Positions 21,395 through 30,470 of a DNA stretch of 64,000 nucleotides are shown here, piece after piece; within the stretch, counting starts at the first letter, position 1; every line of letters starts with the position of its first letter. The stretch comes from Candidatus Nanopelagicaceae bacterium (lineage in GTDB: Bacteria; Actinomycetota; Actinomycetes; Nanopelagicales; Nanopelagicaceae). Below the pieces are notes generated by a model. That model was not told where the DNA came from, did no database searches, and saw nothing but the letters and a program-made list of their open reading frames with translations. The stretch lies in the NCBI GenBank assembly GCA_018882885.1, contig VERG01000001.1, positions 17,872 through 81,871 of the forward strand, read 5' to 3'. The position numbers were made by a program, and so were the translations under genes.

Positions 21395-22040
21395 CTAAGA
21401 CCCTTCTCCTAGACAGATTTCCAATCCTTTTCCGCGGTGCACCACTTCTATGGCTTACGTTCAGCGAGATTAGAGACTTCTGCCCTCCTTGCCAAACAGC
21501 GGTTGTTATCGAGGCGGGATCGACAACTATTCTTTGAAACTCATCCAAATCCATATTCAAAGTAGATGCAACCGCCAACTTGATTATGTCTCCATGAGTA
21601 ACAATCAAAATGCTGCTCTTTGGGAATTGTCTGGAAAGTGAGTTGAGTCGGCGTTGTACTCTCCTTTGCGCGGCAAGAAAAGACTCCCCATTAGGAAAGG
21701 TAAAAGTTGATGGAGCTTTCTGAATCCGGCTCCAATCTTTAGATTTGGAGAGGATATTTAATTTTCCGCCGGTCCATGATCCATAATTCATCTCTTGGAA
21801 AGCGACATCGACACTCGCTCTCTTTCTAGCATGCCCTAACCAAGGTTTTACACTTTGCAAGCATCTTTCTTGAGGACTCACCAGAATTTTATCGATGTAG
21901 AGCGAGTTCAACTTTGAAACAATGGCAAGTGCCTGCTTTTCACCTTTTTTGGAGAGAATGACACCCGGCATGCGACCTGCCAGCAAGCCAGCTTCATTGG
22001 CGGTTGAAACTGCATGACGCATGAAGATGAATGTGGTCAT
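21375..22040 (-). CDS. Histidine phosphatase family protein (MSMEG_4193/Rv2135c-like)
   Basis: N-terminal catalytic RH motif (FIFMRHAVSTAN) and a second catalytic His (IVTHGDIIK). It is the first gene of the trio upstream of mshC. Confidence 0.8.
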   Translation of the reverse strand: MTTFIFMRHAVSTANEAGLLAGRMPGVILSKKGEKQALAIVSKLNSLYIDKILVSPQERCLQSVKPWLGHARKRASVDVAFQEMNYGSWTGGKLNILSKSKDWSRIQKAPSTFTFPNGESFLAAQRRVQRRLNSLSRQFPKSSILIVTHGDIIKLAVASTLNMDLDEFQRIVVDPASITTAVWQGGQKSLISLNVSHRSGAPRKRIGNLSRRRVLGGGSGE

Positions 22041-22095
22041 GTTCTAAGGCTAGTCGCTTCCCATGCTTTATGAAGATTTTTGCTAGGGTCGCAAC

Positions 22096-23046
22096 ATGGA
22101 GCAACGACAACTTGGCAATAGTGGCGTCAAGGTGAGTCGACTTGCACTTGGCACCATGACTTGGGGTCGAGATACCGACGAACATGAAGCGGCTGAGCAG
22201 CTTCGATATTTCATAGACGCTGGTGGTAATTTCGTTGACACAGCAGCGGTTTATGGAGATGGAGATTCCGAGCGAGTTTTGGGTGGATTACTGGGCATCT
22301 TAATTCCAAGAGAGGACTTAGTGATTGCCTCCAAGGCGGGTATTAGTTTTAAGAGCGGCGAGCGGAGAGTTGATAACTCAAGGACCTCATTAATATCTGA
22401 CCTGGATCGCTCTCTTACTAGGTTGAAAACTGATTACATAGATCTCTGGCAGATCCACACTTGGGATGAAAATACCCCGCTGGAAGAAACTTTAAGCGTT
22501 CTCGATTATGCCGTTAGCTCAGGCAAAGCGCGTCATGTAGGTGTGTCTAACTTTTCCGGTTGGCAACTTGCCCGCTCCTTTTCCTTACAGAATCCTTTGT
22601 TTGGAAAATCTTCGATTATCAGCACGCAAAACGAGTATTCCTTGTTGAATCGAAAGGTGGAGCGCGAGGTATTACCGGCCTGTACAAATCTTGGTATTGG
22701 CATGCTGGCTTGGTCTCCACTAGGACGGGGTGTGTTAACAGGAAAATATAGATCTGGGATTCCATCTGATTCTCGCGGCGCTACGCCGCACTTCTCTGCT
22801 TTTATTCAACCTTTTCTTAATGAAGGCAGTGCACGCATTGTTGAGGCGGTAATGGTGGCCGCAGATGGACTTGGATTGTCTCCGTTGGAGGTAGCGCTCT
22901 CTTGGGTTAGAGATTGTCCTGGGGTTACCTCTGCGGTTGTAGGTGCCCGCACCGGCGCCCAATTGAGAGGTGCTCTCAGTAGTGAATCAGTTACCTTGCC
23001 GATTCCAATCCGACAAGCTCTCGATGAAATCTCCGCGCCTGATTAA
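22096..23046 (+). CDS. Aldo/keto reductase
   Basis: AKR fold signatures LGTMTWG, DTAAVYGDGDSE, IDLWQIHTWD and GVSNFSGWQL. Confidence 0.9.
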   Translation: MEQRQLGNSGVKVSRLALGTMTWGRDTDEHEAAEQLRYFIDAGGNFVDTAAVYGDGDSERVLGGLLGILIPREDLVIASKAGISFKSGERRVDNSRTSLISDLDRSLTRLKTDYIDLWQIHTWDENTPLEETLSVLDYAVSSGKARHVGVSNFSGWQLARSFSLQNPLFGKSSIISTQNEYSLLNRKVEREVLPACTNLGIGMLAWSPLGRGVLTGKYRSGIPSDSRGATPHFSAFIQPFLNEGSARIVEAVMVAADGLGLSPLEVALSWVRDCPGVTSAVVGARTGAQLRGALSSESVTLPIPIRQALDEISAPD

Positions 23047-23057
23047 TCAAATTCCTG

Positions 23058-24377
23058 TTAAGCGTTAACTAAGAAGTGATGCAGAGTTCTGGCACCGAAA
23101 TGAAGTGAATCAATCGGCACCCTTTCATCAATTCCATGAAATAAACCAATGAAATCCAAATCAGCGGGAAGTTTTAAGGGACTAAATCCGTAACCCAGTA
23201 TGCCTAATTTTGCCAATGCTTTATTGTCAGTCCCGCCGCTTAATAGATAAGGGATTGGAATACCTTCAGGATCCTCAGATTTAATTGCATCCATCATTGC
23301 ATCCACGAGAGGACCACCGAACTCCACCTCTAGAGGGATATCAGAAACTAAACTTTCAACGGTTACATGCTCCCCAACCAACTTCTTTACCGTATCTAGA
23401 AGCTCTGCCTCATAGCCCGGCAGAGTTCTTCCATCAACCACCGCGCTGGCCGATTGCGGAACAACATTAGCTTTGTATCCCGCCTCCAACATTGATGGGT
23501 TTGCGGTATTGGTCAAGGTAGCACCAATCATTTTTGACATCGAGCCAACCTCATCGAGTAATGGCTGCAGATTGTTTGGGTCGTAACTCTTGCCGGTTAA
23601 TTCAGAGATCTTCTTGAAAAAAAGCTCATTAGTTTTGGTGATTCGTTGTGGCCATTTGTAATTTCCAACCTTAGCAACCGCATCAGCTAATCGAGTTACC
23701 GCGTTCTTGTCATTAATGACCGAGCCATGGCTAGCTACTCCGGTTGCGGTTAATTTCATCCATTCAATACCTTTTTGGGAGGTTTCGATTACGTAAACCC
23801 TTTTTCCAGAGTTCAAAGTGAGTGAAAAACCACCAACCTCTGAGATTGTTTCAGAGCAACCTGCAAAAACTTCAGGGTGGTTTTCCGCCATCCAACGCGA
23901 TCCGTAAATTCCACCTGCTTCTTCGTCTGCAAAAAACACCACAACCATCGTTCGCGATGGTTTGTATCCATAACGGGCCCATAATCTAAATACTGCAAGC
24001 ATCATGGCATCCATATTTTTCATATCAACGGCGCCCCGTCCCCATATGCATCCATCTTTGATTAATCCAGAGAAAGGGTCTACAGACCAATCGGCTGCGT
24101 TAGCTGGTACAACATCCAGGTGCCCGTTGATTACAAGTCCCGGACGAGATTGATCGGTTCCTTCAATTCTGGCGACAACGGAAACACGGTTGGGAGCGCT
24201 TTCATAAAATTTGCTTGCGATGCCTACTTCAGCCAATTTGGCAGCTACATATTCAGCCGCTGCTTTCTCATCACCTTTTCCTTCGCCAAAGTTGACGCTA
24301 GGAATTCGGATTAACTCCTGGCAAAGGGTTACTACATCATTTTCGAGTTCTTGGCGTTGGGCATCGTTTAGTTTCAT
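23058..24377 (-). CDS. M20/M25/M40 family metallopeptidase (dipeptidase-like)
   Basis: Metal-binding motifs GHLDVVPA and FFADEEAGG, plus a dimerisation-domain insert. Confidence 0.85.
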   Translation of the reverse strand: MKLNDAQRQELENDVVTLCQELIRIPSVNFGEGKGDEKAAAEYVAAKLAEVGIASKFYESAPNRVSVVARIEGTDQSRPGLVINGHLDVVPANAADWSVDPFSGLIKDGCIWGRGAVDMKNMDAMMLAVFRLWARYGYKPSRTMVVVFFADEEAGGIYGSRWMAENHPEVFAGCSETISEVGGFSLTLNSGKRVYVIETSQKGIEWMKLTATGVASHGSVINDKNAVTRLADAVAKVGNYKWPQRITKTNELFFKKISELTGKSYDPNNLQPLLDEVGSMSKMIGATLTNTANPSMLEAGYKANVVPQSASAVVDGRTLPGYEAELLDTVKKLVGEHVTVESLVSDIPLEVEFGGPLVDAMMDAIKSEDPEGIPIPYLLSGGTDNKALAKLGILGYGFSPLKLPADLDFIGLFHGIDERVPIDSLHFGARTLHHFLVNA

Positions 24378-24400
24378 GGGCTAAAGTATGCCCTCTCATT

Positions 24401-24484
24401 GTCCGGGTGGCGGAATTGGCAGACGCGCTAGCTTGAGGTGTTAGTTCTCGAAAGGGATTAGGGGTTCAAGTCCCCTCTCGGACA
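24401..24484 (+). tRNA. tRNA-Leu (anticodon GAG), type II with long variable arm; CCA not encoded
   Basis: Hand fold of 84 nt:
- acceptor GTCCGGG/CTCGGAC (one G-U pair)
- D arm GCG-GAATTGGCAGA-CGC
- anticodon stem CTAGC/GTTAG with loop TTGAGGT
- variable arm TTCTCGAAAGGGATT
- T arm AGGGG-TTCAAGT-CCCCT
- discriminator A. Confidence 0.9.
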
Positions 24485-24507
24485 CGTTTTATCGCTACGC
24501 TCCCACC

Positions 24508-25053
24508 GTGAACACCCCTTTAAACCGTGCCCTTTCTCTGATTGCAGATGTTCCTGATTATCCAAAACCTGGAATCCTTTTTAAGGACATCACACCTTTG
24601 CTCGCAGATGGTCCAGGGTTTGGGGTTGTCATCGATGAGTTCGCCCGTTCTATTCGGGCGTTAGAAGTGGGTGTGGATGCGATTGTCGGTATAGAAAGTC
24701 GTGGTTTCATTTTGGGTGGAGCAATTGCCAAGGCCTTAGAGATTGGCTTTGTGACTGTAAGAAAGCCAGGAAAGCTTCCCCGCGACGTTTACCGTAAAGA
24801 ATATGCATTGGAGTATGGCTTTGATGCCCTTGAGCTTCATAAAGATCTGCTCTCTAAGGATGACAATGTAATTATCGTTGATGATGTTCTAGCCACAGGT
24901 GGTACAGCTTTGGCCTGTCATGATCTAGTTGAGATAACTGGGGCAAAGGTTGTAGCTCATCTTTTTATGTTAGAGATTGAGTTCTTAAAGGGTCGAGAAA
25001 TAATCGCGGCGACCCATCCTGAAGTTGAAATAATCTCACTCTTGAAGGCTTAA
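24508..25053 (+). CDS. apt: Adenine phosphoribosyltransferase
   Basis: DYPKPGILFKDITPLL N-terminus and PRPP-binding motif VIIVDDVLATGGT. GTG start. Confidence 0.93.
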   Translation: MNTPLNRALSLIADVPDYPKPGILFKDITPLLADGPGFGVVIDEFARSIRALEVGVDAIVGIESRGFILGGAIAKALEIGFVTVRKPGKLPRDVYRKEYALEYGFDALELHKDLLSKDDNVIIVDDVLATGGTALACHDLVEITGAKVVAHLFMLEIEFLKGREIIAATHPEVEIISLLKA

Positions 25054-25054
25054 C

Positions 25055-25696
25055 ATGGCGGAATTGATTTATTACTGCGGCACAATGGACAGTGGAAAAT
25101 CCACCCTGGCACTGCAAACCGCTCATAACCATGAAAGTCGTGGCCGTGCTGGTTTGCTCTTTACCAACCGCGACAGAGCTGGCTCCGGAAAGATCTCCTC
25201 TCGACTTGGTTTGACCTCAGAGGCCCTCGAAGTTTCGGAAAATCTGGATTTACATAAGTTTGTAGTTGATCAACTCTCGGCGGGTAAGAGAATTGATTAC
25301 GTAATTTGTGATGAGGCACAGTTTTACGCGCCAGATCAGATTGAGCAGCTTGCCAGAATTGCTGATGGCTTAGGAATAGATGTCTATGCCTTCGGCATTT
25401 TGACTGATTTTCGCACCAAGCTCTTCCCTGGCTCAGCTCGCTTAGTCGAATTGGCTGATCGAGTACACACCCTCCAAGTTGAGGCTCTGTGCTGGTGCGG
25501 TGAGAGAGCTACACATAACGCGCGAACAATTGGCGGAACTATGGTTACTGAAGGCGAACAGGTTGTCGTCGGTGATACAGCATCAGGTAACGAAGTGGCA
25601 TATGAGGTTTTATGTCGTCGACACCATATGCGCAAAGTTACCGCGCGCAATTCGGGTGCAGCACACCAATCAATCGAACCTTTACCCTTCAATTAA
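25055..25696 (+). CDS. tdk: Thymidine kinase
   Basis: P-loop GTMDSGKST, DEAQF, and a C-terminal zinc-binding pair (CWCG ... LCRRHH). Confidence 0.93.
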   Translation: MAELIYYCGTMDSGKSTLALQTAHNHESRGRAGLLFTNRDRAGSGKISSRLGLTSEALEVSENLDLHKFVVDQLSAGKRIDYVICDEAQFYAPDQIEQLARIADGLGIDVYAFGILTDFRTKLFPGSARLVELADRVHTLQVEALCWCGERATHNARTIGGTMVTEGEQVVVGDTASGNEVAYEVLCRRHHMRKVTARNSGAAHQSIEPLPFN

Positions 25697-25726
25697 TTCA
25701 AAATCAATCTGGGAAAAGTGGGGTAA

Positions 25727-26770
25727 ATGATGAAAACAAAAGGTTATGCAGCTCTTGCGGCAGGAGCCGACCTAGTACCTTTTGAGTTCGAAAGACGTAA
25801 TTTGGGCGCAAATGATGTCGGTTTCGAGATTCAATTTTCAGGAATTTGTCACTCCGACATTCACCAGGCCCGCGAAGAATGGGGAACCGCTCTTTTTCCT
25901 ATGGTGCCGGGACATGAGATTGTTGGCGTTGTCACCGCAATTGGCGACAAGGTTTCAAAGTTTGCTGTGGGAGATCGAATTGGCGTAGGAGTCTTTATCG
26001 ATTCCTGCCGTAAATGTGAAAATTGTTCTCGTGGGCTTCAGCAATATTGTCTAGAAGGTATGACCGGAACCTATAACGGTTACGAGAGAAACTCAGATCA
26101 GATTGCTTTTGGCGGATACTCCAATTTTTTTGTTATTGATCAGGACTTCGCCGTAAAGGTGCCATCAAATCTCGACCTCGCGGCAGTTGCCCCTTTGCTA
26201 TGTGCCGGGATCACTCTCTATTCACCACTTCGACACTGGGGCGCGCAGCCTGGCAAGAAGATTGCGGTCATGGGCTTGGGCGGTTTAGGACACATGGGCG
26301 TTAAGTTTGCCGCAGCCATGGGCGCCGAAGTTACAGTCCTCTCTCACTCAAAAGCGAAACAGGAGGATGCAAAACGCATGGGAGCATCCAACTTTGTAGA
26401 TACTAAGAACCTTGATTGGCATAAAGGCTTTCAGAAGGGTTTTGATCTCATTCTAAATACTGTTTCCGCCGATATTGACCTCGAACCATATCTGAGCACT
26501 TTGAGAACAGATGGAACGTTGGTGGTAATTGGTCTGCCTGGAAAACCGTACTCGGTTAGCGCTGGCACTTTGCTGAATGGCAGGAGGTCTATCGCCGGCT
26601 CCATGATTGGCGGCATTCCAGAGCTCCAAGAGATGCTTGATTTCTGTGGAACGCACAACATAGTTAGCGATGTAGAAGTAATTAAAGCTGATTACATTAA
26701 CCAGGCTTATGAACGAACCGTTGCGAGTGATGTTCGCTATAGATTTGTTATTGACGCAAAAAGTTTTTAG
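25727..26770 (+). CDS. Zinc-dependent NAD(P)-dependent alcohol dehydrogenase (cinnamyl-ADH/YahK-like)
   Basis: GICHSDIH, GHEIVGVV, a structural zinc Cys cluster (CRKCENCSRGLQQYC) and the Rossmann motif GLGGLGH. Confidence 0.9.
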   Translation: MMKTKGYAALAAGADLVPFEFERRNLGANDVGFEIQFSGICHSDIHQAREEWGTALFPMVPGHEIVGVVTAIGDKVSKFAVGDRIGVGVFIDSCRKCENCSRGLQQYCLEGMTGTYNGYERNSDQIAFGGYSNFFVIDQDFAVKVPSNLDLAAVAPLLCAGITLYSPLRHWGAQPGKKIAVMGLGGLGHMGVKFAAAMGAEVTVLSHSKAKQEDAKRMGASNFVDTKNLDWHKGFQKGFDLILNTVSADIDLEPYLSTLRTDGTLVVIGLPGKPYSVSAGTLLNGRRSIAGSMIGGIPELQEMLDFCGTHNIVSDVEVIKADYINQAYERTVASDVRYRFVIDAKSF

Positions 26771-26780
26771 TTAATTAGCT

Positions 26781-27512
26781 TTATAAGTAGCTAGCGAGCC
26801 AGGCAAAAAAAGGTGCGAGCGCCAACGACGGTAATAAATTGCCTATCGCAATCTCTTTAATCTTTAAAAGCTTTAGAGCGATACCAAATAAAAGGACCCC
26901 ACCCACCGCGGTCATGGCGCTGATCTGATAATCAGATAGAACCTGTCCAACCAGTAAACCGATTCCAGTCCAAAAGAATTGATAAATACCTACTGGTAGC
27001 GCTGAAGCTGCAACTCCCCAACCTAAAGCTGCGGCAAAAGCCATCGCTGCAAAAAAGTCCAAGATACTTTTTAGAGTTAGTTGTTCAACTCCAGTTCCCA
27101 TGCCATCGCTTATGCTGCCTAATATTGCCAGTGGCCCAATCACAAAGATTAGAGAGGCGGTCACAAAGCCTTCAACAAAGGGAGATTTTCCATCTTTATC
27201 CAATTTGTTTTTCAGATACACACCAGATCGCTCAAGCTTGGATTCGATATCAACAAATGATCCCACTCCTCCGCCGATCAAAAGCGCCGCAAGTACCACC
27301 AACAATGCACCGCCTTTTGGAACCGCTTCGACAAAAGAGTTATCCCACATTGCAAAAACTGAAGCAGCGGCGCTGATTAGAGTCACCGCGCCGAGAACAT
27401 CCATCATCAGAGCTCGAGTACTCTCTTTGAATCTATTACCTACAGAAACTCCTAATGCAGCACCAAGGAGAATCGTGAATATATTCAGAGTGGTTCCGAA
27501 ACCAATAAACAT
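26781..27512 (-). CDS. DUF554 family membrane protein (YqgA-like)
   Basis: Polytopic membrane protein. The N-terminus GTTLNIFTILLGAALGVSVGNRF is typical of DUF554. Confidence 0.75.
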   Translation of the reverse strand: MFIGFGTTLNIFTILLGAALGVSVGNRFKESTRALMMDVLGAVTLISAAASVFAMWDNSFVEAVPKGGALLVVLAALLIGGGVGSFVDIESKLERSGVYLKNKLDKDGKSPFVEGFVTASLIFVIGPLAILGSISDGMGTGVEQLTLKSILDFFAAMAFAAALGWGVAASALPVGIYQFFWTGIGLLVGQVLSDYQISAMTAVGGVLLFGIALKLLKIKEIAIGNLLPSLALAPFFAWLASYL

Positions 27513-27547
27513 GAAATTAATTCTAGAGCTACTGATACCTTTGGCTG

Positions 27548-28210
27548 ATGAATGAATGGCTCTCTAGGTTACGGCCGCACAAGACCGTGCCAAAAACACC
27601 CTGGACTGCAGAACACAGGTGGGAGTTTGGATTACAAAGGTTTTCTATTCTCGCCTTCGGTTTATTTATCTTCGGCTTGGGAGATAGTTTGTTAATAATC
27701 TCAGGGCTGGGTAATGCACCATGGTCGGTCTTAGCGCAAGGAATTTCCATTAATACCGGGTTTAGTATCGGAGTTTGCACTTTAATCATTAGCGCTCTAG
27801 TTCTGGCTCTGTGGATTCCACTGAAGGAGCGTCCGGGACTCGGAACCCTCTCCAATATTTTGATAATCGCCTTTGCTATTGATTTTGGCATTCAGGTTTT
27901 CCCACAGCCCCAGTTATTTTTCATGGAGTTAATTTATGTATTGATTGGAATAACCATGGTGGGGATCGGATCAGCGCTATATATAACCTGTGGCCTCGGA
28001 CCAGGACCTCGTGATGGCTGGATGACCTCTATCCATCGTCGTACTGGTATACCGGTAGGTCGGGTGAGATTGATGATTGAGCTTGTTGTTCTAGCGCTAG
28101 GGGTGTTACTGGGCGGCACAGCAGGGCTTGGAACAGCGCTTTTTGCTTTATTTATCGGGTACTCAGTTGCTCTCTCCTTTGGTGTCGTTTCTCGGATTAC
28201 CCATGGGTAA
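27548..28210 (+). CDS. YczE/YitT-like integral membrane protein
   Basis: Five to six TM helices with GLGNAPWSVL and GLGPGPRDGWM motifs, as I recall them from the YczE family. Confidence 0.65.
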   Translation: MNEWLSRLRPHKTVPKTPWTAEHRWEFGLQRFSILAFGLFIFGLGDSLLIISGLGNAPWSVLAQGISINTGFSIGVCTLIISALVLALWIPLKERPGLGTLSNILIIAFAIDFGIQVFPQPQLFFMELIYVLIGITMVGIGSALYITCGLGPGPRDGWMTSIHRRTGIPVGRVRLMIELVVLALGVLLGGTAGLGTALFALFIGYSVALSFGVVSRITHG

Positions 28211-28322
28211 CCAATAGGTTTAAGCCACTCCCCTCAGCCTGTGGACTGAATCCACACGGTGTCGCAACCACCACCGTTAAAAAATTAGCGACATCCCATT
28301 CAACTGGGATGAAAGGAAGAGC

Positions 28323-29759
28323 ATGCTCGACTCTTATTTCAAAATCTCTCAACGCGGATCCTCAGTAGCACAAGAGGTTCGTGGCGGCGTAGTTACCTTC
28401 TTTACGATGGCCTACATCGTTGCTCTAAATCCATTAATCATCGGTCTCTCAAAAGATGCCGATGGCAAGTTCCTCGGCGGCGGAGACGCTCCGAACCTTG
28501 CGCTCATAGCAGCTGCAACCGCATTGGTCGCAGGTGTCTTATCAATCCTTATGGGCGTTGTGGCTAACTTCCCGTTGGCACTCGCAACTGGTTTGGGTCT
28601 AAACACCTTCGTAGCTGTTGGAATTGCCTCAAAGATGACATGGGCAGATGCAATGGGCCTTGTTGTCCTTGAAGGCTTGATTATTCTGGTTCTAGTTCTC
28701 ACCGGATTCCGTACCGCGGTATTCCGTGCTGTTCCTACCCAGTTAAAAATTGCGATATCTGTAGGTATCGGATTATTTATCGCCCTTATCGGATTGGTAG
28801 ATGCTGGTTTCGTTCGCCGTACCGGCACTGGACCAGTACCTGTGACCCTCGGCAACAACGGCGAGCTCGTCGGTTGGCCAGTCGTAGTATTCGCATTTGG
28901 TCTCTTCCTAACCATCGGTTTGATGGTACGTAAAATCAAAGCTGCGCTCCTAATCGGAATTGTTATCTCAACCGGTTTAGCGATCGCAATTGAGAGCGCC
29001 TTCAAGGTAGGTCCGTTGTTTAACGGAGCTACTGGAGAAGTAAATCCAAAGGGATGGAACCTGAATGTTCCCGCAATGCCAGATAACGTTGTTGCAACAC
29101 CAGATTTCGGACTACTTGGCTCCTTCAACCTATTTGGTTCCTTTGATCGAGTTCCGCTAATTACTGCTCTACTACTTGTTTTCACACTTCTTCTTGCTGA
29201 CTTCTTTGACACGATGGGAACAATGACAGCTATCGGTCAAGAGGCTGGCTTGAATGACAAAGATGGAACACCTCCAAATGCCGATCGCATTCTTTTGGTT
29301 GACTCAATTGCTGCCGCCGCTGGTGGTGCTGCTGGTGTTTCATCAAATACCTCATACATTGAATCAGCTTCAGGTGTTGGCGAAGGTGCACGTACCGGAT
29401 TAGCATCGGTAGTCACTGGTGTCCTATTCCTGCTCACCACCTTCCTAGCTCCACTTGTTGCCATCATTCCTTATGAAGCTGCTACCCCTGCTCTGATCAT
29501 TGTTGGTTTCTTGATGATGACCCAGATCAAATCTATTGATTGGGAAGATTATGGAATTGCTATTCCATCATTCCTGACCATTATCTTGATGCCATTTACC
29601 TATAACATTTCAGTCGGTATTGGTGCAGGATTTGTTTCTTATGTAGTGATCAGATTGCTGCAAGGAAGAAGAAAAGATATCCACCCATTACTGCTACTGG
29701 TGGCTGGTTTGTTCATGATCTACTTCCTAAACAACCCAATTAATACCTGGGTTTCATAA
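28323..29759 (+). CDS. NCS2 family purine permease (AzgA/PbuG-like adenine/guanine/hypoxanthine transporter)
   Basis: N-terminus YFKISQRGSSVAQEVRGGVVTFFTMAYIVALNP is the AzgA-type signature. About 13 TM segments and a NTSYIESASG motif. Confidence 0.9.
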   Translation: MLDSYFKISQRGSSVAQEVRGGVVTFFTMAYIVALNPLIIGLSKDADGKFLGGGDAPNLALIAAATALVAGVLSILMGVVANFPLALATGLGLNTFVAVGIASKMTWADAMGLVVLEGLIILVLVLTGFRTAVFRAVPTQLKIAISVGIGLFIALIGLVDAGFVRRTGTGPVPVTLGNNGELVGWPVVVFAFGLFLTIGLMVRKIKAALLIGIVISTGLAIAIESAFKVGPLFNGATGEVNPKGWNLNVPAMPDNVVATPDFGLLGSFNLFGSFDRVPLITALLLVFTLLLADFFDTMGTMTAIGQEAGLNDKDGTPPNADRILLVDSIAAAAGGAAGVSSNTSYIESASGVGEGARTGLASVVTGVLFLLTTFLAPLVAIIPYEAATPALIIVGFLMMTQIKSIDWEDYGIAIPSFLTIILMPFTYNISVGIGAGFVSYVVIRLLQGRRKDIHPLLLLVAGLFMIYFLNNPINTWVS

Positions 29760-29773
29760 TCGCAAAAGTAAGG

Positions 29774-29804
29774 AAAAGGCCCCGGTTCTCCGGGGCCTTT
29801 TTTA
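29774..29804. terminator. Bidirectional Rho-independent terminator between the convergent permease and ung genes
   Basis: AAAA-GGCCCCGG-TTCT-CCGGGGCC-TTTTTT. This is a perfect 8-bp GC stem with a 4-nt loop, an A-run upstream and a T-run downstream, so it can terminate both strands. Confidence 0.85.
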
Positions 29805-29813
29805 CTATCCAAT

Positions 29814-30470
29814 TCACCAATTTATCTCCGGCAGAGCTCGACTTTTAAGAATTTCATTGACCCTGGAAAAAGGTTTGGAACCGAGGAAGCCTCTATGAGC
29901 AGATAAGGGACTGGGATGCACCCCTTCAACTAATGAATCTGCTTCAAATAATGGAGCCAACTCTCTTGCAGTATTTCCCCAAAGAACCCCTACCGCCTTC
30001 AAATTGGCGACGTGTTGAACAATCTGGTGGGTAATTTTCTGCCATCCGAGGTCAGCATGAGAACCACTGTTACCGGCACTTACAGTAAGGACTCTGTTCA
30101 ACAAAAGAACTCCTTGCGCACTCCAGCGGGTTAAATCTCCATCGGAGGTTGTTGTAGATCCGATATCAGTAAGTATCTCTTTTTGAATATTCATTAATGA
30201 TCCTGGTAAGCCAGAATTTCTTGGTGACACTGAAAAAGCCAGGCCAATGGCATCTGCAATATTCGGATAAGGATCTTGACCAACTATTACAACCTTAATC
30301 GCCTCTGGTGGCGTCTCTAATGCTCTAAATACGTACCTCTTGTCGGGAAGTATCCGCTCACCTCGATCTGCTCGAGCTTGTAGCTGCTTTCCAATTTCAT
30401 TAATTTCTTCTTTGAGATGATTCAAAACTGGATGCCAAGGATCTGGCACTAACTCGAATAGCATTTTCAA
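29814..30470 (-). CDS. ung: Uracil-DNA glycosylase, family 1
   Basis: Catalytic water-activating loop GQDPYP and the leucine-loop region HPSPLSAHRGF. Confidence 0.93.
   Translation of the reverse strand: MKMLFELVPDPWHPVLNHLKEEINEIGKQLQARADRGERILPDKRYVFRALETPPEAIKVVIVGQDPYPNIADAIGLAFSVSPRNSGLPGSLMNIQKEILTDIGSTTTSDGDLTRWSAQGVLLLNRVLTVSAGNSGSHADLGWQKITHQIVQHVANLKAVGVLWGNTARELAPLFEADSLVEGVHPSPLSAHRGFLGSKPFSRVNEILKSRALPEINW

Noticed and set aside
24378-24507. tRNA-Leu as an integration site for a genomic island covering apt to the permease
   Set aside because: There is no integrase or recombinase, I saw no direct repeat of the tRNA 3' end downstream, and the flanking genes are housekeeping salvage functions. 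The strand switch alone is not evidence of a mobile element.
27529-27891. 120-aa minus-strand ORF overlapping the 5' half of the YczE-like gene, and the 151-aa plus-strand ORF 27100-27555 opposite DUF554
   Set aside because: Both lie antisense to membrane-protein genes with coherent TM patterns. Their translations show no family resemblance or RBS context and are most likely shadow ORFs.
28211-28322. Possible purine riboswitch in the 112-nt leader of the purine permease
   Set aside because: Two small hairpins are visible (TGTGGA-CTGAA-TCCACA, and GTGTCGC...GCGACAT with a 23-nt loop). I could not find the conserved purine-riboswitch junction and loop motifs (UAUAAU..., GGAUAUGG, GUUUCUACC, CCGUAAA, GACUA). 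A covariance-model scan would be decisive, and without it I do not call a riboswitch.
28412-29212. 266-aa antisense ORF inside the purine permease gene
   Set aside because: It is fully embedded opposite a strongly supported NCS2 permease. The translation is low-complexity and Arg/Pro/Thr-rich, with no recognisable motifs. This is a typical shadow ORF of a codon-biased gene.
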